A stretch of 64,000 nucleotides of DNA from the human T2T-CHM13v2.0 reference genome, Homo sapiens (GCF_009914755.1 NC_060946.1), one strand, 5' to 3'. Shown: positions 1 to 19,450, numbered from the stretch's first letter. The notes: a model not told the origin generated them from the letters alone. Made by a program: numbers and translations.

Positions 1-103
1 ACATCAGAAACATAGTAAGGTGTCCCCTCCTTGGGGAAAAGATGGAGATGCACCAGTTGACTCCTCTTGTCACTTCGGTCCCTTGATGTGTTTGCACCTC
101 TCA

Positions 104-637
<534 letters not shown>

Positions 638-3624
638 TCAGTGGGTGGTCAGTAGTGCCCCAGGCCCCTACCCTCAGCAGGTGCTCCTGCTCCTTCAAGG
701 GAAGACCAGTCCTAGACCAGGGACTCCCTCCCTTTGACTTCTAGAAAACCTGCAAATGAGCCATTGTCCCACCCCCTTCCTGGCAAGACTGAGGGGCACC
801 ATGCCCCTGCCCCCGTGCCCGCTGCCAATCCTCTACCCCTGCTGAGCCCCCTCCAGCCCTGACTCTCCCACCAGTATCATTAGCAACCCCCTGCCCTCTG
901 CTTCTGCAGCCCTTCTGCCAGGAAGCTGCTTCACCACCAGGAGGCTGGGATCTCTCCTGTAGGCATCCTCCTTGCCCCTCTCCTCTGCTTCCAGACTGCC
1001 TCCTTCCCTCCTCCTGCAACCCACCACCTGCTTTGACTCACATGCCTACTGCACCATCCACACCTGTCCCTGTGGTTGACAACACCCTTTGATGACCTCA
1101 TCCCCTGGCTCCTTGCCTTTCTTTCTGCCCCTTTCGTGTCCCCATTCATGGAGACCTCAGCATCCACATCCTAGCCTCTCAGGCCTTGAGTTCTCAGATG
1201 ACCTTGCCCTCCAACCCACCCACTCCCACCCACCTTCGTGTCATACCTTCACTTGGTCACCACCGGTAACTCCTCTGCCCCCAGGATCTCATTACAATCC
1301 TCCCTCCCAGGACCCCCAGCTCTTCCTCTGCAGGAAAATCTTTCTCCTCTCCATTTAGGTTCTATAATCAAGGGCCTGCAAATTAACTGACAATAGACAG
1401 ATGAGCAGGAGAAAAGACAAGGCTTATCTACATATGCACAAAGGAGTTACTCAATAGTGAACACCCACAGGTTAAGGTTTATATACCAGCTTAACAAAGC
1501 ATGGCAGGGCTGGGAGAAGTTTGGAACTTCAGTGAGGAAGTATGGAAGGTTCCATGTTCTGGTAAGATTTCAAATGTTTTCACTTTAAAATCGTCTTTAT
1601 ACCCAAACTGTGAGCCCTTCACCAGAGATGCTCCAGCCCCTCTGACGCTCCAAGCCACTGGCTTTACAGGGCTCCTACAACCCACAGCTCCCCGAAAGCC
1701 CTCCCCTCCCTCCTTTCTCAGCTTACATTCATAGCCCCCATGACACCCTTGCCCCTGCAAACACCTTCAACTCTTCCATCCCTCTCTCCCTCAGTCATGC
1801 TACCTGCAAAAAATCCTAGCCCTCTCCAAGTATTCCATGCTGTCTTGAGAACAGGTGGAAGTTGCTGGAGAAAATAACACAACCCTGTTGGCTATCCTTC
1901 AGTGCATGACCACTGATCTCATGGGGCCCCTCAGTGCTGGTGGACAACCCCACTAAACTTCTTGGGTAAATCTGCTCTTTCTCCTTTCACCTTCTCCACC
2001 CTCCCTATGTTGCCAGCACCCTCCTGTTCATCTGGTGACCTGGTGACCTTATGTCATGCTTTACAGAGAAAACAGATACAATCTCATCTCTCGTTTACAA
2101 CAGGCCTCTGTGTTCACACCCAGGCCTCTGCCCTCTCAGTCACAATGGATGATTGCTTCCTGGCCTCGGTGCTAGCCCGTGGGCACATTCCTCCTCCCAC
2201 CATTCTCCTCTTCCCTAAAGATTGGCGCCAGCAAGAGCCTTTCTGTTTTGGATAATCCAGCTCTTCATCTCTCCCTGGTCTCCCAGTCCCTCCCTGGTCT
2301 CCCCATCCCTCTTTGGTCTCCCCATCTGCATACAAACCCACTTTAATGCCTCTGCCTTTTAAAAAGCCCTCTAATGACCCCATCTCTCCCTCCAGCTTCT
2401 GCTCCTTTCCCTCTTCCCCTTCACAGGAAACAGAGCCAAGGCCACTGACAGTCCCTATTCTCTGCTTGAACCATCCCTAACTGGTATTTGTCCCAACCTG
2501 AGGTTGTGTAGTCTGTATTGCCAAAGCCAGTGGGCATTTACCTGTCCTTGCTGCTCTCTCAAGGCTTCCATGCATCCACTGGCTGTGTTCTCTCCCTGCT
2601 TCCTGGCACCTCCTCCCCTTGCAGACCTCCCCGTGGATGTTGCCCCAAGACTCTGTCTTCTCTGCTTCTTTCTCCCACGCTTTCCAGTCTCCTGGCTTTA
2701 AATATCATCTCTACCCAAGATCCTCAAATTGCTCCTCTGGTTTCTCTGAGCTCCAGACCTGGACATCGACTATCTGCCTGACCGCTGCACCTGGCTGTCT
2801 AAGAGGCGTCTCCAGCTCGGTGTAGCCAAGCAGAACATTAAGTGACTCTCCAAATCTACTGTTCTTGAGCCTTCTCTATCACCATTGTCCTTGCATCTTC
2901 TCTTCCCTCACATCATCCCCGGTCCACCAAGAAGCTCCGTTTTCTCTACCTCCAAAGTAAGTCTCTGATACAGTTTGGACATTGTGCCCTCTAAATCTGA
3001 TGTTGAATTGTAACTACCAGTGTTGGAGGTGGGGACTGGTGGGAAGTGGTTTGATCATGGGGGCAGTTCCCTCATGGGTTGGTGCTGCCCTCGAGATAGT
3101 GATTTCTCTTGGGATCTGGTTGTTTAAAGTGTGTGGGATTGTCAGAGGCCTTTGAACCAGAGCATCTCCTCCCTGGACAGGGGCTAGGTAAAATAAGGCT
3201 GAAACCTCCTGGGCTGCATTCCCAGATGGTTAAGGCATTCTAAGTCACAGCATGAGACAGGAGGTCAGCACAAGATACAGGTCATAAGCACCTTGCTAAT
3301 AAAGTATGTTGCAGTAAAGATGCTGGCTAAAACCCACCAAAACCAGGATGGCCATGACAGTCACCTCTGGTTGTCCTCACTGCTACACTCCCACCAGCAC
3401 CATGACAGTTTACAAATGCCATTGCAACATCAGGAAGTTATCCTATATGGTCTAAAAAAGGGGGGCATGAATAATCCACCCCTTGTTTAGCATATCATCA
3501 AGAAATAACCATAAAAATGGGCAACCAGCAGCCCTCGGGGCTGCTCTGTCTATGGAGTAGCCATTCTTTCATTCCTTTACTTTCCTAATAAACTTGCTTT
3601 CACTTTATGAACTCACCCTGAATT

Positions 3625-3645
3625 TCTTTCTTCTTCCTCCACTAC

Positions 3646-3677
<32 letters not shown>

Positions 3678-3900
3678 CTTCTTCTTCCTCTTCCTCTTCC
3701 TCTTCTTCTTCTTCCTTCTTCTTCCTTCTTCTTCTTCTTCTTCTTCTTCTTCTTCTTCTTCTTCTTCTTCTTCTTCTTCTTCTTCTTCTTCTTCCTTCTT
3801 CTTCCTTCTTCTTCCTTCTTCTTCTTCTTTCTTCTTCTTTCTTCTTCTTTCTTCTTCTTCTTTCTTCTTCTTTCTCCTTCTTTCTTCTTTCTTCTTCTTC
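3625..3900. repeat. (TTC/GAA)n compound trinucleotide tract with a pure (CTT)23 core at 3725-3793
   Basis: Read directly; forms the tail of the minus-strand AluY. Confidence 0.98.
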
Positions 3901-4180
3901 TGATGGAGTCTTGCTCTGTTGCCCAGGCTGGAGTGCAGTGGCGTGATCTCGGCTCACTGCCAGCTCTGCCTCCTGGGTTCACGCCATTCTCCTGCCTCAG
4001 CCTCCTGAGTACTTGGGACTACAGGCACCCGCCAACATGCCCAGCTAATTTTTTGTATTTTTAGTGGAGACGGGGTCTCACTGTGTTAGCCAGGATGGTC
4101 TCCATCTCCTGACCTTGTGATCTGTCCGCCTTAGCCTCCCAAAGTGCTGGGATTATAGGCATGAGCCACTGTGCCCGGCC
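3901..4180 (-). mobile_element. AluY-like element
   Basis: Alu body with CACGCCATTCTCC and GTTAGCCAGGATGG diagnostics; TSD TGAATT(T)CTTTCTT. Confidence 0.9.
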
Positions 4181-4319
4181 TGAATTCTTTCTTCTGCGAG
4201 ATCCAAGAACACTCTCTTGGGGTCTGGATCAGGACCACTTTCCAGTAGCAGCACCTCCCTCCACCTGTTGCTCCTGCTTTTACCATGTGACACACCTGCT
4301 CCTACTTCACTATGAATAA

Positions 4320-5323
<1,004 letters not shown>

Positions 5324-6381
5324 TGGAAAGGGTATCATTTGAGTATTCACTCGTTCATTCATCACCTGTTGAGAGCTACTGTGGACTAGGTTCAGGGCTA
5401 GAAGTTGATGACTCTGTACCGAGCAAGACAGACATGGTCTTCACTCTCTTGTAGCTTACAGTCAGGCAGACAGTCAGCCGGAGAAAGCAATTTCTCATGT
5501 ATTTTATCTGAGTCCAATGAATGCGTGCCTTGAAAGAAAAGTTCAGGGGCCAAAAGAGCTTTAATTGTAACTGGGCCAGCAGGGTGTCTTCCCTGAGGAA
5601 ATGGCAATTTGATGACAACCTGAGGCCCCGGGAAGTTACAGAACCCAGAAATTGGGGAACCTGGGTCTCAGGGGCAGACCAGGCTTAGAGGCTTCGAAGG
5701 CCTTTGAACTTTACCTTGAGAGGAAAGAGGAGCTAGGGAGGGACAATATTCGCCTTGCATCGTAATCAATTAAGCAGGGGCCAGGTTGGAGGTGGGCAAG
5801 CTTGAGGCAAGGAAACTCATTAAGAGGTTACTGTAGTAACCTGCAAGAAATGACACCTGCCAGGGACAGTGGCCTTGCAGCAGGGGAACACATGTCTCTG
5901 GGCTTACGTAGGATTTTCCAAGGGGTGCACAGGCACAGCTAATGTTAAGGGAGTCGTTTCCTGAGTTCTTTCCTAAAACCATCCTCCTGAGACCCTGCCT
6001 CTGTAGAAGACCCAAGGTCTGTTTTCTTTCTCCCCCTCCCTCAGCATTGTCCCTTTTCTCCACTACTCACAAGAAAAGCCTTGCCAGGGGAATGTGGGGC
6101 TGGGATGGGCTAGGGAAGTGGCCATTTAGGTGCAAAACAAAAGGACGATGGAGGCACCAGGGTTGTGTTGGACTCTGTTGCCTGAATAACAAATCCTTTT
6201 GCAACTTAAGGGACTTCTAATGCTTCACCTTCCACAAAGCTGAATGAGACCCTAAATAAGTTTGCAGCTGATAAATCATTAAAAATCTGGCCATTTGAGT
6301 ATCACTTGAGCCCAGGAGTTCAAGACCAGCCTGGGCAACATGGCAAGATCCTGTCTCTACAAAATATTTAAAAAGTAGTCA

Positions 6382-6537
<156 letters not shown>

Positions 6538-6873
6538 TCATAATCATAATAATTTTTCTAGACAGATTTCTATGTCATTTTTGGATAAATGAGTGACCCT
6601 GCTATGACAAACTCTCATTCCCACTCTTTTATTTATGTGGGTGGCTTCTTAGCATTTGCCTTATAAAAATTAAGTTATAAGCATGAACCCGGGAGGCGGA
6701 GCTTGCAGTGAGCCGAGATTGCGCCACTGCATTCCAGCCTGGGCAACAGAGCTAGACTCCAGAGTCTCTGAGTCATGGAAAACTTATAGTAAATAAACTG
6801 GTATGTTTTTATCTTGTGAATCTAAATTTCATCAGTCCAAGCTACAGGGCCCCAGCCAAGGAACCTAAGATGG

Positions 6874-7494
6874 TGCTATTGTTTGAATGGTTTTAGTCCC
6901 TCCAAAACTCATGTGGAAACTCAATCCCCAATGCAATGGTATTGGGAGGTGGGGCCTAATGGGGGTGTTTAGGTCTTGAGGGTGGAGCCTCAAGGATGGA
7001 TTAGTGTTGCTATAAAAAGAGGTCGAGGGAGTGGTTTGCTCACTTTCAATCTTCCACTGTGTGAGGACACAGCGTTCCTCCCACTCCCCCTTCCCCCTTC
7101 CATCTTCTGCAGTGTGAGGACACAGCAAGTGGGCCCTCACCAGACACCAGATGCTGGTGCCTTGATCCGTGTGAGGACACAGCAAGAGGGCCCTCACCAG
7201 ACACCAGATGCTGGCGCCTTGATCCGTGTGAGGGCACAGCAAGAGGGCCCTCACCAGACACCAGATTCTGGTGCCTTGATCCATGTGAGGGCGCAGCAAG
7301 AGGGCCCTCACCAGACACCAGATGCTGGCGCCTTGATCCGTGTGAGGGCGCAGCAAGAAGGCCCTCACCAGACACCAGATGCTAGTGCCTTGATCCTGGA
7401 CTTTCCAGCATCCAGACTGTGAGAAATATATTTTTGTTCTTTACAAATTATGCAATTCTTTATAAATTATAGCAGCACAAAATGGAAAAAGACA
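6874..7494 (+). mobile_element. MaLR (MST/MLT1A-type) LTR containing an internal 57-bp x5 tandem array
   Basis: TGCTATTGTTTGAATGG...AAGACA; TSD GATGG on both sides. Confidence 0.75.
7112..7396. repeat. Minisatellite, 57-bp unit x5
   Basis: Units start at 7112, 7169, 7226, 7283, 7340: GTGTGAGG(A/G)CACAGCAAGAGGGCCCTCACCAGACACCAGATGCTGGCGCCTTGATCC. Confidence 0.96.
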
Positions 7495-7533
7495 GATGGC
7501 TAGAAGAAAATTATCTTTTTCCTCCCCCCACCA

Positions 7534-8760
<1,227 letters not shown>

Positions 8761-9849
8761 AGGAAATTGATGGTCTCCCTCTCCCCTCTCAGTCATCCAC
8801 GTGCCCAGCACTACTGGGCTTCAGCGGGTGTCAGAGAGACTTCCAGCTTCCTGCCGTGTTTGGCCCTGTGGTCAGCTGCCCTGCTGACCCTGTTTCCTTG
8901 GCTCCATGATCCACTCTGCTCAGGAGATATCCAGAGGAACTTACAGCCCCAACATGGCCCCTGTAGGGCCTTTCCCCCTGTGAAGACTTGCTGGTCCCAT
9001 GGAGGCTATCTCCACAGCCTCCTGCCTTGTCCCTCTTCCCCCAAACCCATCTCTCCACTCTGGTGAACTCACAGACCCAAGACTTCTGAGCAAAGCTGCT
9101 GAAGTGGGGATAGGGAGGCTCCACATATTCCAGAAAAAGGAGGGGTAAGTTGTCAGGGGGGTTGTAAAATACTGAGTTTGGTTCGGATGTGTTAACCTGG
9201 TCGTGGCCACAGCACATCCAGGAAGACAGCCAGGGGCAGCAGGCTCTATTAAACAGTGGGAAGGGCTCAGCAGAAGTGCTTGGCAGGCACAGCCACTGTG
9301 GCTGCTAAACCCGGCTCTGTGGCCATAGATGCTCTGGACCTAGAGATGGCCCTCGTCACATGATGGGCAGAAGGCATGGAGCCCAGGCCTTGGCCAGCAC
9401 TGACTCCATCACCCGGGCTAGCTAAAGGACAACGTCTGTGTGGAGTATCCTGAGGGGGGATGAAAAAGGCAGTGCCTACTGGGGACCATGCTGCCTGGGC
9501 AGAGGAGAGCCCATCATCATTGACAGACAGGAGGACGCTGGGCCCCAGCAATGTGGCCTCTGGCGTGTGTCAGGGAGTGTCCATCTGACTTCACCATGAC
9601 CGGTAAATAAGCCCTTCGGGTCACCCAAGACTCTACACTTTCCCAGCACTGCTAATGTGAGCAATTCTCTTCCCCCGGAACCAGGACAGTTGGAGGGAAG
9701 GTGTGTAAGACAGGGAACTCCCTGGGTTTTATTCTGGGGACAGAGCCAACCTGAGAAGCATCCCAGCCAGAAGGACCAGTGCTGATGGGTGGGGACCTGA
9801 GGCCTGGATGGAGCTGGAGGGGAGTTTGTTCACAGATGCAAGAAGGAAC

Positions 9850-10270
9850 CACATAAATGGATAGACCCGACAGGGTCCATACATACAGCGGAATATTATT
9901 CAGCCCTAAAAAGGAAGGAAATTCTGACCCCTGCTACAACATGGGTGAACCTCGAGGACATGATGCTCCGTGAAATAAGCCAGACACAAAAGGACAAATA
10001 CTGTATGATTCCACTCACAGGGAGCCCCTAGAGTAGTCAGATTCATAGAGACAGGATGGTGGTTTCCAGGGGCTGGGGGAAGGGGCATGGGGAGTTAGTG
10101 TTTAACGGGGGTTGTTGCAGTTTGGAAAGATAAGAAAGTTGCAGGGATGGATGCTGGTGATGTTTGCACACGACGTGAATGTACTTAATGCAACTGAACT
10201 GTACGTTTAAAATGGTTAAAATGGCAAATTTTATGTCATGTATATTTTACCAGAACTTTAAAAGGAAAAA
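9850..10270 (+). mobile_element. Old L1M (L1MB-like) 3' fragment
   Basis: GGAATATTATTCAGCC...GTGAAATAAGCCAGACACAAAAGGACAAATACTGTATGATTCCACT...AAAATGGTTAAAATGG, typical L1M 3' end. Confidence 0.8.
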
Positions 10271-10993
10271 AGAGAGCACTGCAACCAGAGCCAGGACACT
10301 GGGCCAAGGATGGAGGCGCAGAGGTGAGGCGAGGCTGGCACTGGGCCCATCAGTGTTCCCTACCTGTTGCTGCCAGCGTGGGTTGGGAAATGTCGGGCCA
10401 GGTGTGTGGACGTGGAAGGTCCAGATGCAGCCTGGGGCACTGGGAGGAGGACAGCAGCAGGCAAAGGGCTGCTCTCACGTATGTGCTGTCCCCCACCCTG
10501 AATCTGGTTCCTATCCCGTTTTTGCCCATGGCTGGAATTAGCCAGTTCTCTCATTGACAGAAATGTCTCTGTGAACAGATCAAGGTGTCTGGCAGGTTGG
10601 CAGAGAAGCTGAGACCTCCCACAGAGTCAGTCCTCATGGTGCTGGGTTTGGTAACTGGGTGAGGGATGCCAGCTTTCATTTTCCCAGTGGTGTAGGGAGA
10701 AGAGGTCAGGCTGACACTGTCTGGACGCAGTGTGCCCACACAGAGCTGGCATGGTCAGGGGTGGCAACGATCTGTATTTCCAGCTTTAGAGAGGAAATAG
10801 ACACTGGAGTTCGAGCACCTCCTTGCTCCCCTTCGTGAATGTTGGGGTGACGTACCATCAATTCTTGTGATTCATGGTGGTTACATTTATAAAGTCTCCA
10901 CATACACTGGATCAGCCAAGACTGAGTCATTGCTCCTAGGGGACGGATGGGGTTAGGTTCCATCCAGGCTCTGGGCACATTTTTGACAAATGA

Positions 10994-11797
<804 letters not shown>

Positions 11798-13615
11798 TTA
11801 GCGTTCACTTATAGACGTTGCCAATCAGTCCCACATCATATCACAAGTACTGGGAACTGAAATTTGAAGACCGCAAGGAAATGAACATTTACGACTCCTG
11901 GAAAATAGCACTTCCTTATGCAAGCATCCATGCCATCTGATGATGTTTTGACTCATGAATTCACTTTTCCTCCTTCCCAAGTGCCTCAGCCACCAGTCCT
12001 CTCCATTCTTCCAAGTAGTGTCTGTGTCTGATGTGAGCAGGGCACAGCCACAACTCTTTGTACCATGGGCAAGGCAGTAACTTCTCTTTTGAGAGAATTG
12101 TTCAAGAGATACAAAGAAGTCTCCCTGGGGCCTGAACACTGAGTTCAAGATAAGAAATGTTTATAACTCTGTGCTGGCAGCCAAGAGCTGGATCCCAGTT
12201 GCAGATGGGGCTATGCGTAGCAGTGAGAGTGGGAGACACAGAGACAGGGACTGAGAGAGAGAGAGAGAGATGGGATCAGGGATAAGGGCAGTACTGCCAG
12301 GCACTGGGCTGGGTGCTTTCTGTTCATCACATTTGACTTCACAATGCCCCTCACACAACTGTTTTCTCCCCCATGGTACAGATATAAAAAGTGAAGCTCT
12401 GAGAGATGAAATGATGCTTGCGAGTCTTGTGCACTGGCTGTCTGATGCCAAAGCTTGCAGTCTCAACCATGATATCATGTGCCTGTCCCACTGGAGGCTG
12501 GATGGGGGGCTGAGAGAGCTGGACCATGAAACCCTTGCCCAGCTGGGTCCTCTCTTTGTCTCTGGAAAGTGGGGAGGGCCCCCAGCTGCTGTCTACATGC
12601 AGTGACGAAGAGGGGGTGAGTCCTCAGCCCTGCTCCTGTCCTGCCCACATCTGGGTCACACTGGGGTTGACAGATGTCCAGTGTGGCTGGCCAAGAATGA
12701 ATGCCGGTGGACAGGAAGAGAATATGAATGCCTGTGGCTGGTGGCAGGGTGACTCATCTCGGGCCTTCGGTCACAGCCTCAAATTCCTGTGCCAGAGCCT
12801 GGCCCTCCTGTCATTAGTCCTAAGACTGGTCATGCAATGCAGGAGGGATGGATGGGTACAGGAGGCTAGAGGTTCTGACCCCAGCTGTCCCCTCCAGAAG
12901 CCTCAGTTCCGCCGCAGCCCTGAGCGTGAGGTGGGGGTGGAGGGCAGTTAGGGCAGGACTGTAGGTAATGCCCCTCTCCAGCAAAGCCAACACGTCAGGA
13001 ATAGATGGGACCCCCTGTCTGCTTCTCAGCTCTCCTGACCTTCCCCGGGACTTAGGACCTGACCCTGCCTTGCTCTGGGCCTCCATCTACAAAGTGTCTA
13101 TGTGATGAGGCAGTCAGCCCAGGTATTCACTAAGGCCTGAAGCTCCCATGCCCTGGGATTCCTGCCCAGAGAAAGGAGGCAGCCCTGCTCCCAGCTCCCC
13201 TACCCCTCCAGGCAAGGCAAAAGCAAGGACTGCAGCAGAATGGGGAAGCTCAGTTGAACATGAACCACCCAACCAATCCAGGTGCTTCTCAGGTGACATT
13301 TGGAATCCTGACAGCAATGTCACCTGTTTTACAACACCACCAGTCATTCTGCAGTTGAGGACACTGAGCCACAAAGAGGGCAGAGGCCTGACCCCAAAGC
13401 TCACATACTCTGCATTCCTCCAGGTCTCACGGAGAAGGGGGAGGGCTTCCTGGTCCACTCCAGCTGGGGGCGCTATGGCCCGGCAGACCAGGGTCCTCCA
13501 GTGAGGAGCTCTGGACCAAGGTCTAACTTGGCTCCATGTACTGCTGTGGGCTTGCTCCACCCAGTGCCAGGGGTAGGTCAAGGTCAAGGGGCCTCTTAGG
13601 CATCTCCTAAGGGCA

Positions 13616-14232
<617 letters not shown>

Positions 14233-14659
14233 GACTAAGGGACCAGGAATCATCCAGGCCTCAGCTTCCCAAAGCACTCCCCACTCCCCAGTTCCTACAG
14301 GGCCCCGACCCCAGCCCCAGCACCCGTCATTCACATTTTTTACTTACAAAGGAAACTTTGAAATGGACACTTCCTGTTACTTTCATTCAATGAAAAAAAT
14401 CCCCAGCACTTGAAGGCAATCATACAGAAAGCCTGCAACAACGCAGAGAGTAGACTCTTCAGGTGGTGGTGCCTGCTTTAGGCTGGCTCTCCCCGGGTCA
14501 AAAGGGACGTGATAAAGTGTTAAAGTGATGTTAAGGATCAAGTGGGCACCAACTGCGACTCCCCTCCCACCCCCCGACTTAACAGATGTCAAGGAAAACA
14601 GAAGGAAGCCGTTTCTCTCCAGGACATGCAGTGTCTGCTGGAGTTTTGGAAAAATGCTT

Positions 14660-16072
<1,413 letters not shown>

Positions 16073-17678
16073 CCTGCTGCCTACGCTCTCTGGGTCGCAG
16101 CCCAGCCTTCTGGGGGCTGGGTAGCCTCCCAGAAGGGCAACCCTGGGCATCCTCCAGGGCAGGCTAACTGGAGTCTAGTGGGGAGGGGTACCTTGAAAGA
16201 GGAAAGTTGTTTCCTCCTCCTCCTCCTCCTCCAGTGTTTGGGACCCTTCCTGGGGGCTGGAGTGCATCCCTGGACACCCCCCAATCCCATCCTCTTCTCT
16301 AGTTTCCACTGACCTAGGCCCACCCTCCCCTCTCCGGCTCAGTACTCCTGGAAATGAGATTCCGTACATTTGAATCTTGTCCTAATGAAATATTTGTCCA
16401 TGTGGGTACCTGTGTGTGTGTGGTGGGGGTGCAGACGGAGGGTTTGTTTCTCACTAGCTGGAACTACTGGGGTGTGGTATGCTTCCTGGGAATTTGTGTG
16501 CCACAGTCCTGGAGGCGAGGAGGGGGTTGTGAGCCAGTAGGCAGGGGCTGGGGCAAGTAGCATTGTGAAGCTATTGACACCCAGACGTCCCCAGGCAGGA
16601 GATTATGCCCCCATTAGCCCCCTTTTATCTGGGCTTCCTTAACAATGGACTCTTTGCCCTGCCTGCCAGAGCCAGCAGGGAGTGACTGTTCAGTGGTGAG
16701 GAAGCGGGCAGAGGAAGCCCTGCCATTGGGTAGGAGCAGTGGGCAGCCCCTGGGCTGACTGGGAGGTGGGGATTAGGGATTAGACAGTCCTGGCTGTCTG
16801 CCTTCCCCTAAGCCAGGGGGAGAGGAGCAAAGGGCACGAAATGTGGCCTCCAGGAGGATTAGACCGCCACATGATCATTTGCACACCCTGGGGTTTAGCA
16901 ACAATAAAAGTCAGCTTTTTTGTATCCCAAGGTGGCCTGTGGACACCCACATGGACAAATGTTTACACTGGGACAGAATTCAAATGCAGAGGTCCCAGGA
17001 GCCTAAAGTACACTCACTCTGGTATAGAAAGGATTCCTTACTGGGCAGAGGACAGGTGCAGCCTGGGGCTTTCCCAGGCAGGACACAGGGAGGCTCAGGA
17101 ACCACCAAGTCCCTGGAAGGTGGATCTGGAGGCGTTGGCAGGAGCCACTCCCTGGGTTCCAGGGCTCCAGGTTCCTGCTTTAACCCCCTGTCTCACAGAG
17201 GGCTGTGCACTTGGGGGCTGCTGAGCATGTCCCAGAGGCTGCATCCTGGACACAGCACCTCAGTGCATCTGAGCTGAGGCTAACTTGGCAGGAGGGACAG
17301 GCAGAACCTGCCAGCCACGTGCAATTCCACCCCTCTGGCCACTCAGGGAAGGAGAGCTGTGAGTCAAGATCAGATTTGGGTCAGGACAGGCTGGGGCCTG
17401 CCTGTCCCTGTGCATCCCAAGATTTATGGCTGGCCAGGGGTTGGGCTGGGAGGGGTGGTCTTGCATGCCAGGAGAGTGCAGATCAGCCTGAGAGGCCAGG
17501 CCAGTAAGTGAGGTCAGATCTCCTGCACCTGATAGCATTAAGGCCATCTACACCAAAGCTCTAATGCTGATATGTTCCTGGCCTCTATGTGGGGCATGGA
17601 GGTGGGGCATGGAGGTGAGGCCTGCTCGCCTGGGCTTCTGGAAGTGGGAGACTCATTCCTGTGGCTGAGGCCTACAGC

Positions 17679-17960
17679 AGTGCTGTGTGGTAGGAATACA
17701 CTGGAAGCCATGATGTCATTGTGCATTTTCTAGAAGCCACATTGAATAAAGTAAAAGACACAGGTAGAATTAATTTCATTGAGCCCAATATATCCAAAAT
17801 AATATCATTTTCACATCTATTCAATATAAAAATTTACTAATGAGATATTTCATACTAAGCCACTGAAATCCAGTTTGTATCTTACACATCTCAGTTTTGA
17901 CGAGCCACATTTCAAGGGCGTGATAGCCACATGTGGCTCCCATAGTAGACAGTACTGGTC
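17679..17960. mobile_element. hAT-Charlie DNA transposon relic (MER3/MER33-like)
   Basis: CAGTGCTGT...GCCACATTTCAAG...GCCACATGTGGCT...CAGTACTG termini. Confidence 0.6.
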
Positions 17961-18065
17961 TAGAGAAATGTTGGTGGCATCCTTGCTGTCTGGTTTCTGG
18001 CCTTGCCAAAAGTATTACCATCCCAGTGTGGTACATTCTTTCATGTATTTGTCTCCTGTCCCCAG

Positions 18066-18298
18066 AGCAGACTCTGCAGGTCCTCTCAGATCTTGTGCGG
18101 AAGGCCAGGAGTCGGAACATTGGCATCTTCCATCCATCCTTCAACTTAAGCAAGTTCCTCCGACAGGGTCTCTGCAAATGCCTCCCGGCCAATGTCCACC
18201 AGCTCATCTCCGGCAAAATAGGCATCTCTCTTACCAGAGTGTCTGATGGGGAAAACGTTCTGGTGTCTGACTTTCGGTCCAAAGACGAAGTCGTGGAT
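18066..18298 (+). CDS. PNPLA3: PNPLA3 coding exon 2
   Basis: cccag|AG CAG ACT...GTG GAT|gtaagc; EQTLQVLSDL...KDEVVD; 233 nt, cumulative 420. Confidence 0.99.
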
Positions 18299-18328
18299 GT
18301 AAGCAGTTTGCTTATCTGGACGTTGTCA

Positions 18329-18990
<662 letters not shown>

Positions 18991-19450
18991 TCTGCCTGGC
19001 AGTTACAATTTCAAATAATTCCTCCCTTTCCTTCAACACTTGGCTCATGACCGTCCAGTCCAAGGAACCTGTCCTGCAGGTGTGCCTCTCCCGAGCTTCC
19101 TCTATGCATCTTCCATAATGAAGATGCCTTCTCACTGGAAACCCTACAAGGGTGGGAACGTGCCTTATTTGCCTGTATCCTCAGGGTCTAGCAGAGAGAA
19201 GATAATCTGTAATACCAAAACACCATTAAATTCAGCTGATGCTTTCATAAGCGCTCCTTGGAGGAAGGACTCCATTTACTTGACAGATCTGTGCAAGACA
19301 GCAGCCTGGCGCGTCTAACCTGCAGCCAGTTGCATCCTCTGTTTAACCTTGTTTGTGGAAGCTTTCTCTAAACAGCCAGCACTTGTCTGTTCCCACATGG
19401 GTCCGTTCTCCCAGTGAATCACCGTGGTGCCTACTGACTGCTCTGTAGCA

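Larger units (their letters stand above)
3140..4250 (+). mobile_element. MER41A ERV1 LTR, interrupted by an AluY with a (TTC)n tail
   Basis: Starts TGTCAGAGGCCTTTGAACCAGAGCA; ends GGTCTGGATCAGGACCACTTTCCAGTAGCA; matches the MER41 consensus as recalled. Confidence 0.85.

Noticed and set aside
3140-3620. MER41 as an interferon-gamma/STAT1 enhancer for PNPLA3
   Set aside because: The sequence runs AAAAAGGGGGGCATGAATAATCC and lacks the segment with tandem GAS (TTCNNNGAA) sites that defines MER41B. This is the MER41A form.
3594-4064. Poly-L/F, poly-K/R and poly-E ORFs
   Set aside because: Translations of the TTC/GAA repeat plus Alu; no splice or promoter context.
6865-7422. Repetitive 109-167 aa ORFs; CRISPR-like appearance
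   Set aside because: Head-to-tail 57-bp tandem repeat with no unique spacers, inside a MaLR LTR in human DNA; open frames follow from the unit length being a multiple of 3.
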